Part shown: positions 15,998-27,326 of the stretch, one piece after another | Position numbering within the stretch: the stretch's first letter is position 1 | Layout of the letters: the number at the start of each line of letters is the position of its first letter | NCBI RefSeq assembly: GCF_030013595.1 | Contig: NZ_CP122768.1 | Source: Escherichia coli | Lineage (GTDB): Bacteria > Pseudomonadota > Gammaproteobacteria > Enterobacterales > Enterobacteriaceae | Direction: 5' to 3' (one strand) | DNA length: 64,000 bases | The notes under the pieces: model-generated | Told to the model about the DNA's origin: nothing | The model's database searches: none | What the model saw: the letters and a program-made list of their open reading frames with translations, nothing else | Position numbers and translations under genes: made by a program

Positions 15998-17410
15998 TTA
16001 TTTCCGCAGTTCAGCAGCCCGCTTCTTACCAATAAACAACCAGCCCAGCCCCAGAGCGATAAACCACAGCGGGGTAACCAGCAGCGCCTGGCGGGTATCA
16101 TCTTCCAGTGTCAGCAGCACGACCACGAACACAAAGAATGCCATACATACCCAGCACATCAGCTTGCCGAGCGGCATCTTGTAGATTGATTTCTCATGCA
16201 AGTGCGGACGCTGTTTGCGATACACCAGGTACGAGCAAAGGATAATCGTCCAGACGAACATAAACAGAATCGCGGAAACGGTCGTGATCATCGTGAACGC
16301 ACCAATCACGCTGGGATTCACATACAGCATCACCACGCCGCCGAGCAGGCAGATGCAGGAGAAGGTCAGCCCTTTCGCGGGTACGGCGCGCTTAGAGAGT
16401 TTAGCGAACGCTTTCGGTGCCACACCTTCCTGCGCCAGACCAAACAGCATACGACTGGTAGAGAAGACGCCGCTGTTAGCGGAAGAAGCGGCAGAGGTCA
16501 GCACCACAAAGTTAATCACGCTGGCGGCAGCAGGCAGACCCACCAACACGAACAGTTCAACAAACGGGCTTTTCTCCGGGACTACCGAACTCCACGGCGT
16601 CACGGACATAATCACAATCAGCGCGAAGACGTAGAACATAATGATACGGATCGGAATGGAGTTAATCGCGCGCGGCAGTGATTTCTCAGGGTCTTTGGTT
16701 TCCGCAGCTGTTGTACCTACCAGCTCAATCCCTACGAAAGCGAAAACCGCTATCTGGAATCCGGCAAAGAAGCCACTTAAACCTTTCGGGAACCAGCCGC
16801 CATCATTCCACAAATGCGCGAATGACGCTTCCACACCGGTCGGTGACTGAAAGTGCATCGCCACCATGACCAGGCCGACGACAATCAGCGACACAATGGC
16901 GACGATTTTGATCATCGCAAACCAAAACTCCATCTCACCGAACATTTTCACGGTGGCGAGGTTGAGCGTCAGCAGCAGCACTATCACCGCCAGCGAGGCG
17001 ACCCAGTCGGAGAGATCGGGGAACCAGAACTGAGCATAAGCCGTGATCGCCACCACGTCTGCCATACCGGTTACAACCCAGCAGAACCAGTAAGTCCAGC
17101 CAGTGAAATATCCTGCCCACGGCCCGAGTAAATCGGAAGCGAAGTCACTAAAAGATTTGTATTCCAGATTCGAAAGCAGCAATTCCCCCATTGCCCGCAT
17201 CACGAAAAAGAGCATAAAACCAATGATCATATAAACGAAAATGATCGACGGCCCGGCAAGGCTAATCGTTTTGCCGGACCCCATAAACAACCCTGTACCA
17301 ATGGCACCGCCAATGGCAATAAGCTGAATATGTCGGTTTGTGAGATTGCGCCGTAGCGACTGTTCAGCCGGAGCCTGATCATCGGCAACGACTTTTACCT
17401 GATCTACCAT
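15998..17410 (-). CDS. cycA: D-serine/D-alanine/glycine:H+ symporter CycA (APC family), 470 aa
   Basis: ORF track 470 aa MVDQVKVVADDQAPAEQSLRRNLTNRHIQLIAIGGAIGTGLFMGSG... Confidence 0.93.
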   Translation of the reverse strand: MVDQVKVVADDQAPAEQSLRRNLTNRHIQLIAIGGAIGTGLFMGSGKTISLAGPSIIFVYMIIGFMLFFVMRAMGELLLSNLEYKSFSDFASDLLGPWAGYFTGWTYWFCWVVTGMADVVAITAYAQFWFPDLSDWVASLAVIVLLLTLNLATVKMFGEMEFWFAMIKIVAIVSLIVVGLVMVAMHFQSPTGVEASFAHLWNDGGWFPKGLSGFFAGFQIAVFAFVGIELVGTTAAETKDPEKSLPRAINSIPIRIIMFYVFALIVIMSVTPWSSVVPEKSPFVELFVLVGLPAAASVINFVVLTSAASSANSGVFSTSRMLFGLAQEGVAPKAFAKLSKRAVPAKGLTFSCICLLGGVVMLYVNPSVIGAFTMITTVSAILFMFVWTIILCSYLVYRKQRPHLHEKSIYKMPLGKLMCWVCMAFFVFVVVLLTLEDDTRQALLVTPLWFIALGLGWLFIGKKRAAELRK

Positions 17411-17718
17411 GTTTTTTTCTTCCTGTACCTGTCTGTGTTGTTCAGGCTCTACGGCCTTTAGTCAGTCTATGATACGACGAATCTGTATCGGGACTCATCG
17501 ATATTAGGTAACAATACGCGGGATGAATACTAAGATTTAGATCTAATGTTAATTTTATGTTTAAAGTGAGTGTCATATCACGGTGATAACGCGAAACAGC
17601 TCACAAAAATACACGCTTACGGGGTCTTTGCAACACAAAATAGCGCCGTTTGGCAAACTGAAGGGTTTATTGCTGAATGTCTGCTCCCCTCTGGTTCGAG
17701 GGGAACAGAATGCGCTGC

Positions 17719-18339
17719 TTAGAGGATTTCCAGCAGTTCGACTTCAAACACCAGGGTGCTGAACGGAGGGATGGACGCGCCTGCGCCACGCTCGCCATAT
17801 GCCAGTTCCTGCGGGATAGTCAGTTCCCATTTAGAACCTACCGGCATCAGAGTCAGTGCTTCAATCCAGCCAGGGATCACGCCGTTAACCGGGAATTCAG
17901 CTGGCTCGCCGCGAGCAACGGAGCTGTCAAACACGGTGCCGTCGATCAGTTTTCCGGTGTAATGAACACGAACGCGGTCGGTACGTGCCGGAATTGCGCC
18001 TTCGCCCTGGTTGATCACGCGGAATTGCAGGCCAGATTCGGTGCTATTTACACCTTCTTTTTTGGCGTTTTCTTCCAGGTATTTCACACCTTCAGCAGCC
18101 ATCGCCTGGAAACGCTGACGACGAACGGCATCGGCGCGTTCGTGGATTTCACGCAGCGCGCGGTGCACCACATCAACCGGAACAACCGGATGTTTGCCTT
18201 CCAGCGCATCAGCAATGCCTGCAACCAGTGCTTCTGGCAGCAGCCCTTCCAGGCCAGATTCACTCAGTTGTTGCCCTACCTGCAAACCAATGCCGTAGCT
18301 TGCTTGCGCTTCGATGGTGTCAAAAGTTGGGGTGGTCAT
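17719..18339 (-). CDS. fklB: FKBP-type peptidyl-prolyl cis-trans isomerase FklB (206 aa from MTTPTFDT)
   Basis: ORF 17719-18498 contains [22 protein letters not shown]...[25 protein letters not shown] domain. Confidence 0.92.
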   Translation of the reverse strand: MTTPTFDTIEAQASYGIGLQVGQQLSESGLEGLLPEALVAGIADALEGKHPVVPVDVVHRALREIHERADAVRRQRFQAMAAEGVKYLEENAKKEGVNSTESGLQFRVINQGEGAIPARTDRVRVHYTGKLIDGTVFDSSVARGEPAEFPVNGVIPGWIEALTLMPVGSKWELTIPQELAYGERGAGASIPPFSTLVFEVELLEIL

Positions 18340-18556
18340 CGTATTTCCTTTCTTAGGGTATAAAGTAGCGGGCAGCATATCAGCCACACTTCTTTGGGTA
18401 AAACTTTGTCGCGGGAATGATGACAAATCCCGGGGAAAAAGAAACAATAGCAATATCCCGTATGAATATAATAAAGGCGGGTTTACCACGGACATCATAG
18501 CGTTAGCTTATTCATAGGCTATGATTGAGGAACAAGACGCGGAGCAGGAGGAAACC

Positions 18557-19195
18557 ATGCCCGGGCGCTTTGAACTAAAACCAACCCTGGAGAAAGTCTG
18601 GCACGCGCCGGACAATTTTCGCTTCATGGACCCGCTGCCGCCGATGCATCGTCGGGGGATCATTATTGCCGCCATTGTATTGGTAGTCGGATTTCTGCTT
18701 CCATCTGATGATACGCCCAACGCGCCGGTGGTGACGCGTGAAGCGCAGTTAGATATTCAGTCGCAATCACAACCACCGACAGAAGAACAGCTGCGGGCGC
18801 AATTAGTCACGCCACAAAATGATCCTGATCAGGTGGCTCCGGTCGCTCCAGAACCAATACAGGAAGGCCAGCCAGAAGAGCAGCCGCAACCCCCCCAAAC
18901 GCAACCATTCCAGCCAGATAGCGGAATTGATAATCAATGGCGCTCTTACCGTGTCGAACCCGGTAAAACGATGGCACAGCTGTTCCGCGACCACGGGCTG
19001 CCCGCTACCGATGTCTATGCAATGGCGCAGGTAGAAGGCGCGGGTAAGCCGCTGAGTAATTTGCAAAACGGGCAGATGGTGAAAATCCGCCAGAACGCCA
19101 GCGGCGTGGTGACGGGCTTAACCATTGATACGGGGAATAATCAACAGGTCCTGTTTACCCGCCAGCCGGATGGCAGTTTTATTCGTGCGCGGTAG
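18557..19195 (+). CDS. ytfB: OapA/LysM-domain cell-division-associated protein YtfB (212 aa from MPGRFELKP; alternative start at 18521)
   Basis: ORF 18521-19195; single TM segment, Pro/Gln-rich linker, C-terminal OapA-like domain. Confidence 0.85.
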   Translation: MPGRFELKPTLEKVWHAPDNFRFMDPLPPMHRRGIIIAAIVLVVGFLLPSDDTPNAPVVTREAQLDIQSQSQPPTEEQLRAQLVTPQNDPDQVAPVAPEPIQEGQPEEQPQPPQTQPFQPDSGIDNQWRSYRVEPGKTMAQLFRDHGLPATDVYAMAQVEGAGKPLSNLQNGQMVKIRQNASGVVTGLTIDTGNNQQVLFTRQPDGSFIRAR

Positions 19196-19329
19196 ATGAA
19201 GGGTCAACCAGAAGCCAGCTAAGGAGCGTCTCTTTGATGACCTTACGTCTGGCTTCCAGTGCCTGGGGGGAAACCATACTGATGTGTTGACATCCTCCAC
19301 GCCCTGAAGGACGTGGATCCCTGCTACGT

Positions 19330-20538
19330 TCAGGCTGTCGCCTGAATCATTTCGGTGGGTTCCTGCTTCAACGAGCGGCCTGACTGCACCATCTCTCCAC
19401 AGGCAAGAACGGCGTGCCCCGCCGCTAAAATGTTACGAGCGCCATTTACATCGGCGTTCGCTGTATATCCACATACCTGGCATCTGAATTTAATTTGTGA
19501 CAGGCGATTTTCTTTCGCTGTATGACCACAGCACGCGCAACGCTGGCTTGTGTACGCTGGCGGAACAGCAAGCACCTGACCGCCACGCCAGAGCTGCTTG
19601 TACTCAAGCTGGCGGCGCATTTCATACCAGCCCTGATCCAGTATCGAACGGTTTAAACCTGATTTTGCCCGGACATTGCGCCGCGGCTGGCTGACCGTAC
19701 CCGCTGCTGACTTTGACATGTTGCTGACCTTCAAATCCTCAATGACTATCATTGCGTGGTTTTTGCTGACGGTCGTTGTGACTTTGTGAAGGTAGTCCCT
19801 GCGGATATTTGCGATACGGGAATGCAGTCGCTGTATTTTGCGTTTCTGCTTCTGCCAGTTATTGCTGAATTTGACCTTGCGGCTTAACTGTCGCTGAAGT
19901 CTCGCCAGCTTCTTCTGTTTTTTCTGAAAACTGTTTACAGGCTCAAAGACTGTGCCATCTGACAGCGTGGCGAGTTTAACCACGCCAGCATCCAGCCCGA
20001 CCATTGATGCTGAAGGATGAACCGGAGTTGATACTTCACTTTCTGTCTGAATACTGATGTACCACTTACCGCAGGACTGGCTGACCGTGACATTTTTCAC
20101 AACACCCGTGACCTGACGGCTATTCCGGTAGCGCATCCAGCCCAGTTTCGGCAGAAAAATACGGCTGTTTTCCTGATAGAGCTTAACGCCCTACGGGTAG
20201 CGGAATGCATCATTCTGTCCCCGCTTTTTGAATCGGGGAAAAGCAGCCCGCTTCTGGAAGAAGTTTTTGTAAGCCCGCTCAAGGTCTTTCAGTGACTGTT
20301 GCAATGGCTGTGACGGGGCATCTTTAAGCCATTGCGTTTCAGTGGCATTTTTCCACTCAACCAGCCAGGAAGCCATTTTCCCGTAAGGGATGTATTTATT
20401 ACCGGCCTCATGATTCTCATTCTGAAGCGCCAGAGCACGATTGAAAACGAAACGACATGCGCCTGCGAAGCGCCTCATTTCACGCTCCTGTTGACCACCG
20501 GGTCTTAACTGGAATTTAAATGCCTGTCGTCGTTTCAC
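19330..20538 (-). pseudogene. tnpB: tnpB (IS605 OrfB / TnpB RNA-guided nuclease family), ~402 codons interrupted by one in-frame TAG at 20191-20193
   Basis: N-terminal ORF (GTG start) VKRRQAFKFQLRPGGQQE...AFRYP, then TAG, then in the same frame GVKLYQENSRIFLPKLGW-MRYRNSRQVTGVV...; C-terminal part has RuvC-like region and CxxC...CxxC zinc finger ([39 protein letters not shown]). Confidence 0.8.
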
Positions 20539-20545
20539 AGGTCAA

Positions 20546-21000
20546 ATGATACTTTGGTCTGTGAAAAAAGAAACCTATATCCGGCGTGGAAGGTATTGTG
20601 TTTTCCTGATGCATGTTCACCTGGTCTTTGTCCCAAATACCGACGCCAGATTTTTGACCATGACGCGACAGAAAAACTACGCACTTACTTTTCAAATGTA
20701 TGTGCTGATTTTGAAGCTGAACTGGTTGAAATGGATGGCGAACCAGATCACGTCCATTTGTTAATTAAATATCCTCCCAAACTGGCGATATCCAGTCTGG
20801 TAAACAGCCTCAAAGGCGTATCGGGTAGGTTACTGCGACGAGATCGACCAGATATTGCAGTCAGGTATTACTACAAAGGCGTTTTGTGGAGTCCTGGCTA
20901 TTTTGCCAGTAGCTGTGGAGGTGCGCCAATATCCGCCATCCGTCAATCCATTGAACAACAGCAAACACCTGGTCAGGTGGAAAACCGCGCCGTATATCCC
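20546..21000 (+). pseudogene. tnpA: tnpA (IS200/IS605 Y1 HuH transposase), frameshifted; 3' limit uncertain
   Basis: Frame 1 MILWSVKKETYIRRGRYCVFLMHVHLVF, then a 1-nt frame change in a T-run (~20620-20630) into CPKYRRQIFDHDATEK...DHVHLLIKYPP (HuH motif)...[16 protein letters not shown]; a Ser occupies the position where family members have the catalytic Tyr. Confidence 0.7.
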
Positions 21001-21357
21001 CGCCCTGAAGGACGGGGTTTTACGGCACACCGGATAAACCAGGCCAAGCGTATGCTGGTTGATCAAATAATATCCCCCAAGCGCAGCAATATTAATATAC
21101 ACCTGCAATGGGTCGATATCTGGCTTAAAAATATTGTGTTTCTTCCCTTCATCCAATAAGGATTCCATTAACTGCAAGTGCGCATGATTAATTTCTAAGA
21201 GACGCTGTGATTTTACATAATGCACACCTTTACTTTGGTTTTCACTATGCACAATTTTTAAAAACCAAGGATTAGCAATATAATATATCCTAGGTAAAAT
21301 CGATGATTTTTTCAATGGCTTTTTGTGGCTGGTTAACCTGCTGATTAACAAACGCAC
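20830..21357 (-). CDS. Hypothetical ORF (175 codons) starting in the low-GC islet and reading into the IS element end; possibly a ytfA-like gene remnant
   Basis: ORF track 175 aa [17 protein letters not shown]...; roughly the first 108 codons lie outside the IS hairpin at ~21017, the rest is antisense to tnpA. No recognisable domain by eye. Confidence 0.3.
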   Translation of the reverse strand: MRLLISRLTSHKKPLKKSSILPRIYYIANPWFLKIVHSENQSKGVHYVKSQRLLEINHAHLQLMESLLDEGKKHNIFKPDIDPLQVYINIAALGGYYLINQHTLGLVYPVCRKTPSFRAGIYGAVFHLTRCLLLFNGLTDGGYWRTSTATGKIARTPQNAFVVIPDCNIWSISSQ

Positions 21358-21603
21358 CGATACCGACAGCGTAGAATAATTACATACCGCACAACAAGAA
21401 TGTATGGTGTAAGGCGTTGTCAGTCATCTCCCTCCCTGGGTGCATCTTTATATCCGTGATGAGCGATTTTTGATATTAATATCTTTTACTATCCGCTATT
21501 TTCACCACTTCAGAAAACAAACTTATTTTTATTAATATCGATTATTTATTCTGTGCACATTCAGCTGCGATATTTATAAAAAAATTAAACAGGCAAAAAT
21601 ACA

Positions 21604-22398
21604 ATGACATTACCAACCACTATTTATTCATTTCCTGCATATTCACCCCGTTTTTCGTCCACCGACAAACCAGTAAAATTAAAATTTCATCAATACGCAC
21701 GCGCTACATTACTTTCAAATCGAGGAAGAGATCATAATTGCGATGGCAGACATACTGTTGAGATCCACAAACTAGATCTCTCAGGCTGGCAAGCATTCAA
21801 TAAGTTAGCGACGAGGTGTAATGCTTACGATGGAATAACAATGAATGGTGATAATTCTTTTGGATGGAACCATGAAGCTACATTAGATAATATTCACGCC
21901 CAGAAATACAATAAAGCTTACGCGGGTGCGAGGTTAACCGCAGAACTGAAATATTTATTGCAAGATGTTGAATCCTTCGAACCCAACAGTAAATACACAA
22001 TACACGAGGTTGTTTTGGGACCTGGTTATAGTACTCCAGACTATACCGGCCAAACGATAGGATACGTTGTAACCCTTCCTGCCCAAATGCCTAATTGCTG
22101 GTCATCTGAACTACCAACAATCGATCTTTATATCGACCAACTTCGCACTGTTACAGGCGTTTCTAATGCCCTCGGATTCATCATTGCTGCATTGCTAAAC
22201 GCGTATTCTGATTTACCCCATGATTTGAAAATTGGTCTGCGTTCCTTATCAAGTTCAGCAGCAATCTACTCGGGTTTGGGTTTCGAGCGAGTGCCGCAGG
22301 GCCGAGACATAAGGTGCGATCGTATGCATCTAACGCCAGCAAACCATCCTGAATTATGGACACAAGAGAATGGTGAATGGATCTACTTGCGAAACTAA
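21604..22398 (+). CDS. yjfZ: Uncharacterized protein YjfZ, 264 aa, low-GC gene
   Basis: ORF track 264 aa MTLPTTIYSFPAYSPRFSSTDKPVKLKFHQYARATLLSNRG...; AT-rich codon usage and AT-rich upstream region. Confidence 0.8.
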   Translation: MTLPTTIYSFPAYSPRFSSTDKPVKLKFHQYARATLLSNRGRDHNCDGRHTVEIHKLDLSGWQAFNKLATRCNAYDGITMNGDNSFGWNHEATLDNIHAQKYNKAYAGARLTAELKYLLQDVESFEPNSKYTIHEVVLGPGYSTPDYTGQTIGYVVTLPAQMPNCWSSELPTIDLYIDQLRTVTGVSNALGFIIAALLNAYSDLPHDLKIGLRSLSSSAAIYSGLGFERVPQGRDIRCDRMHLTPANHPELWTQENGEWIYLRN

Positions 22399-22420
22399 TA
22401 CCTAACGAAAAATAGAAAGC

Positions 22421-22448
22421 AAAACGCCGACCAGTGGTCGGCGTTTTT
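22421..22448. terminator. Bidirectional rho-independent terminator between convergent yjfZ and rplI
   Basis: aaaa-cgccgaccagtggtcggcg-ttttt: GC-rich stem flanked by an A-run and a T-run. Confidence 0.75.
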
Positions 22449-22468
22449 ACGTCTCGTTGAATAACGAA

Positions 22469-22930
<462 letters not shown>

Positions 22931-22959
22931 TCAAAGTCGTATTAATGGACCGTGACCGA

Positions 22960-23506
<547 letters not shown>

Positions 23507-23512
23507 CAGAAA

Positions 23513-23926
<414 letters not shown>

Positions 23927-24234
23927 TTATTCAGCCTCCTGTCTGGGTCAGCCGAATCCCGGGGAGGCAAGGAACGTGTTAAAGGTCGGCTGAAAAATGA
24001 CGCATTATAGTACTGACATACCCTGCTAAACTCAAGGCCAGCCGACAAATAAATCTCATCTTTCACCAAATCGTACTAACACGCTGATTTGAAGTTCATC
24101 ACACTTCATCATGGTGTTTTTTTGAACAACTGCATCAGAAATGGTCACCATCAACTTCTTTATCATTGATTAAAATTAAATCAGAAGATCATCACAGAGG
24201 AGAGCACACAAAGTCAGCCGTCGAGGAGGTATCT

Positions 24235-24510
24235 ATGTTCAGTCGTGTTTTAGCCCTTCTGGCTGTGCTTTTGCTAAGTGCAAATACATGGGCAGCCATT
24301 GAAATTAATAACCACCAGGCCAGAAATATGGATGATGTGCAAAGCTTAGGCGTGATTTATATCAATCATAATTTCGCAACTGAAAGTGAAGCACGTCAGG
24401 CATTAAATGAAGAGACAGATGCGCAAGGTGCAACGTACTACCACGTAATTCTGATGCGGGAACCGGGGAGTAACGGCAATATGCACGCCAGCGCGGATAT
24501 TTATCGCTAG
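24235..24510 (+). CDS. yjfY: Small secreted DUF1471-family protein YjfY (91 aa from MFSRVLALLAVLLLSANTWA)
   Basis: ORF 24166-24510; signal peptide followed by YdgH/BhsA-like domain. Confidence 0.85.
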   Translation: MFSRVLALLAVLLLSANTWAAIEINNHQARNMDDVQSLGVIYINHNFATESEARQALNEETDAQGATYYHVILMREPGSNGNMHASADIYR

Positions 24511-24550
24511 CACCAGGTATAACCAACGAAACATTGCCATAGTTTGCTTT

Positions 24551-24575
24551 GCCCCCTTCGCAGGGGGCTTTTTTT
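24551..24575 (+). terminator. Rho-independent terminator of yjfY
   Basis: gcccccttcgcagggggc stem-loop followed by ttttttt. Confidence 0.75.
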
Positions 24576-24638
24576 GAAAAACGGCTGCGGAATTAGACCA
24601 GTTATCTCCCGAAGAAGGAAATTTCCGCAGCGCGTGTT

Positions 24639-25325
24639 TTACTTCTGCCCGTAATAAGCGTTAGGACCGTGCTTACGCATGAAGTGTTTATTCATCAGGA
24701 AGCTGTCGATATGATTCAGTTGTGGGTTAATGCCGCGCGCAATCCACGCCATTTTCGCCACTTCTTCCATCACTACCGCGTTATGCACCGCATCGTGGGC
24801 ATCTTTCCCCCAGGCGAACGGCCCGTGCTGATACACCACAATCCCCGGTGTATGCAGCGGTTCAGCGTTGCCCAGCGTTTCAATAATAACTTTGCCAGTG
24901 TTCAGTTCGTACTCGCCCTGCACCTCTTCTTCGCTTAATCCGCGCGTGCACGGGATATCGCCAAAGAAGTAGTCGGCGTGCGTGGTGCCTAACGCCGGGA
25001 TCGCCAGCCCCGCCTGCGCCCATGCGGTAGCATGAGTGGAGTGGGTATGGACAATACCACCAAGCGACGGATAACGACGGTAGAGTTCAAGATGCGTCGC
25101 GGTGTCGGAAGACGGACGATATTCCCCTTCCACCACCTTGCCGCTCATATCGACCACTACCATATCGTCTGCTTTCATGGTTTCGTAGGCGACGCCGCTG
25201 GGCTTGATCACCACCAGCCCGCGTTCGCGGTCAATGGCGCTGACGTTGCCCCAGGTAAAGGTCACCAGCCCGTAGCGCGGCAGATCCATGTTGGCTTCAA
25301 ATACCTGCTGTTTTAGCTTTTGCAT
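24639..25325 (-). CDS. ulaF: L-ribulose-5-phosphate 4-epimerase UlaF (228 aa from MQKLKQQVF)
   Basis: ORF 24639-25373; class II aldolase/epimerase fold sequence. Confidence 0.93.
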   Translation of the reverse strand: MQKLKQQVFEANMDLPRYGLVTFTWGNVSAIDRERGLVVIKPSGVAYETMKADDMVVVDMSGKVVEGEYRPSSDTATHLELYRRYPSLGGIVHTHSTHATAWAQAGLAIPALGTTHADYFFGDIPCTRGLSEEEVQGEYELNTGKVIIETLGNAEPLHTPGIVVYQHGPFAWGKDAHDAVHNAVVMEEVAKMAWIARGINPQLNHIDSFLMNKHFMRKHGPNAYYGQK

Positions 25326-26179
25326 TATGCCGCCTCCACCATGCCCGCTTTCGCCATGCGCGCTTTCACCCAATCACGCGCTTTCGCCACTTCTGCTGCC
25401 GGGTCTTCCGCCGTTTCGCTCCACATCTCAATCAGGTACGGCCCGCAATAGCCACTCTGTTTGAGCGTTTCGAAGCAACGTTCGAAATCCACTACGCCTT
25501 CGCCAAACGGCACGTTTTTGAAGACGCCTGGTTTGGTGTCTTTCACATGCACCGCGACGATATGCCCCATTCCGGCCTGCAACTCCATCTGCACGTCGTT
25601 GTCCCACGCCGACAGGTTGCCGATATCCGGGTAGAGCTGGAACCATGGGTTGTTGAGATAGTGCGCGTAACCCAACGCCTTACTGATGGAGTTCATCAAC
25701 GGGTAATCCATGATCTCCATCGCCAGCGTCACCTGCGCGCGGCTTGCCATCTCAACGCTCTCTTTCAGGCCGTCACGGAAACGACGACGCGTTTCGTTAT
25801 TGGCTTCCTGATAGTAAACGTCATAGCCCGCCAGTTGGATCACGCGAATACCGACGTCCTGGGCGAACTGGATAGCTTTGCGCATAATCTCCAGCCCCTG
25901 CGCCCGTACCGCGTCATCTTCGCTGCCCAGCGGGAAACGACGATGAGCAGAAAGGCACATGGACGGCACGCGCACGCCAGTTTCAACAATCGCATTCACC
26001 AGCGCCAGACGCTGCTCGCGGCTCCAGTCGAGGCGCGACAGGCGATCGTCAGTTTCATCTACCGACATCTCGACAAAATCGAAGCCTAACGTTTTTGCCA
26101 GTTGCAGCCGTTCCAGCCAGCACTCCCCGGCGGGGAGCGCTTTTTCATAGATGCCAAGCGGGATTTGTTTGGACAACAT
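25325..26179 (-). CDS. ulaE: L-ribulose-5-phosphate 3-epimerase UlaE, 284 aa
   Basis: [42 protein letters not shown]... xylose-isomerase-like TIM barrel. Confidence 0.93.
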   Translation of the reverse strand: MLSKQIPLGIYEKALPAGECWLERLQLAKTLGFDFVEMSVDETDDRLSRLDWSREQRLALVNAIVETGVRVPSMCLSAHRRFPLGSEDDAVRAQGLEIMRKAIQFAQDVGIRVIQLAGYDVYYQEANNETRRRFRDGLKESVEMASRAQVTLAMEIMDYPLMNSISKALGYAHYLNNPWFQLYPDIGNLSAWDNDVQMELQAGMGHIVAVHVKDTKPGVFKNVPFGEGVVDFERCFETLKQSGYCGPYLIEMWSETAEDPAAEVAKARDWVKARMAKAGMVEAA

Positions 26180-26188
26180 ATCCGCTCC

Positions 26189-26839
26189 TTAGCCCCACAG
26201 TTCGGCGATGGAACGTTTGAACTGACGCGCGGCTTCAACCGGAGAAGCGGCATCACGGATACTACGGCCCGCGATAAAGACGTGAATCGGAATGCCTTTG
26301 AACAGCGGCAGATCTTCCAGCGCCAAGCCACCGGTGACGGTGACTTTGAAGCCCATATCGGAAAGACGTTTGATCGCGGTGATATCTGCTTCGCCCCATG
26401 CCACGCCTGCGGCCTGCGCGTCACGGCTGCGGTGATAAACCACCTGCTGAATGCCTGCGTCACGCCACTGTTGCGCCTGTTCCCAGGTCCAGTAACCGGT
26501 CAGTTCGATCTGCACGTCGCCGTTAAACTCTTTTGCTACGTCCAGCGCACCTTTGGCGGTGTTGATATCCGCACAGCAAATCACGGTCACCCAGTCAGCG
26601 TTGGCTTCGAAGCACATACGAGAAAGAATTTTGCCCGCATCGGCAATTTTGGCGTCTGCCAGCACGATTTTGTGCGGGTAGAGTGCTTTGAGGTCACGAA
26701 CCGCACGCACGCCTTCGCCCACACACAGAATGGTGCCCACTTCGATAATGTCGACTTCTTCGGCAATCAGGCGAGTGGTTTCGTAAGCGCTATCCATAGT
26801 CTGGTTGTCCAGCGCGACTTGCAACATCGGTAATGACAT
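26189..26839 (-). CDS. ulaD: 3-keto-L-gulonate-6-phosphate decarboxylase UlaD (216 aa from [11 protein letters not shown])
   Basis: ORF 26189-26878; OMP-decarboxylase-like sequence. Confidence 0.93.
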   Translation of the reverse strand: MSLPMLQVALDNQTMDSAYETTRLIAEEVDIIEVGTILCVGEGVRAVRDLKALYPHKIVLADAKIADAGKILSRMCFEANADWVTVICCADINTAKGALDVAKEFNGDVQIELTGYWTWEQAQQWRDAGIQQVVYHRSRDAQAAGVAWGEADITAIKRLSDMGFKVTVTGGLALEDLPLFKGIPIHVFIAGRSIRDAASPVEAARQFKRSIAELWG

Positions 26840-26852
26840 GTTCAATTCCTTC

Positions 26853-27317
26853 TTAAGCTGCCGCGTTGGTGCGGTCAATTAAATCCAGTACTTCCTGCTC
26901 GGTACGGCAGGCACGTAAACGGTCGAAATTCTCTTCATCTTCAAACAGGTTGACGATCTGCATGATGCCCACTTCCTGGTGGGTGTTGGCATCAACCGCC
27001 GCCATGGTGATGAGGATATCCACCGGATCGTTATCTTCGTGGTTGAACTCCAGCGGCTTTTTCAGCGTCACCAGCGCAAAACCGGTTTTCTTAACGCCCT
27101 CTTCCGGGCGACCGTGCGGCATTGCCAGGCCTGGTGCGAGCACAAAGTACGGACCGTGCTGTTCAACCGCATCCAGAATCGCCTGGTAGTAACGCGGCTC
27201 GACAACATCCGCCGCCACCAGCAGGTCAACGCCGATTTTTACTGCGTCCTGCCATGTCTCAGCTTCAGCCTGCAGGCGGATGGATTTATTCTCCGCCAGC
27301 GAATCACGTAATTTCAT
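26853..27317 (-). CDS. ulaC: Ascorbate-specific PTS EIIA component UlaC, 154 aa
   Basis: [75 protein letters not shown]... Confidence 0.93.
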   Translation of the reverse strand: MKLRDSLAENKSIRLQAEAETWQDAVKIGVDLLVAADVVEPRYYQAILDAVEQHGPYFVLAPGLAMPHGRPEEGVKKTGFALVTLKKPLEFNHEDNDPVDILITMAAVDANTHQEVGIMQIVNLFEDEENFDRLRACRTEQEVLDLIDRTNAAA

Positions 27318-27326
27318 GGCGCGTCC

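Larger units (their letters stand above)
19286..21036 (-). mobile_element. Decayed IS200/IS605-family element (divergent tnpA and tnpB); boundaries approximate
   Basis: Y1 HuH transposase and TnpB/OrfB reading frames, flanked by two subterminal hairpins with identical 10-nt loop ccctgaagga (19296-19317 tccacg...cgtgga; 20997-21017 ccccg...cgggg) in the same orientation; no terminal inverted repeats, as expected for this family. Confidence 0.7.
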
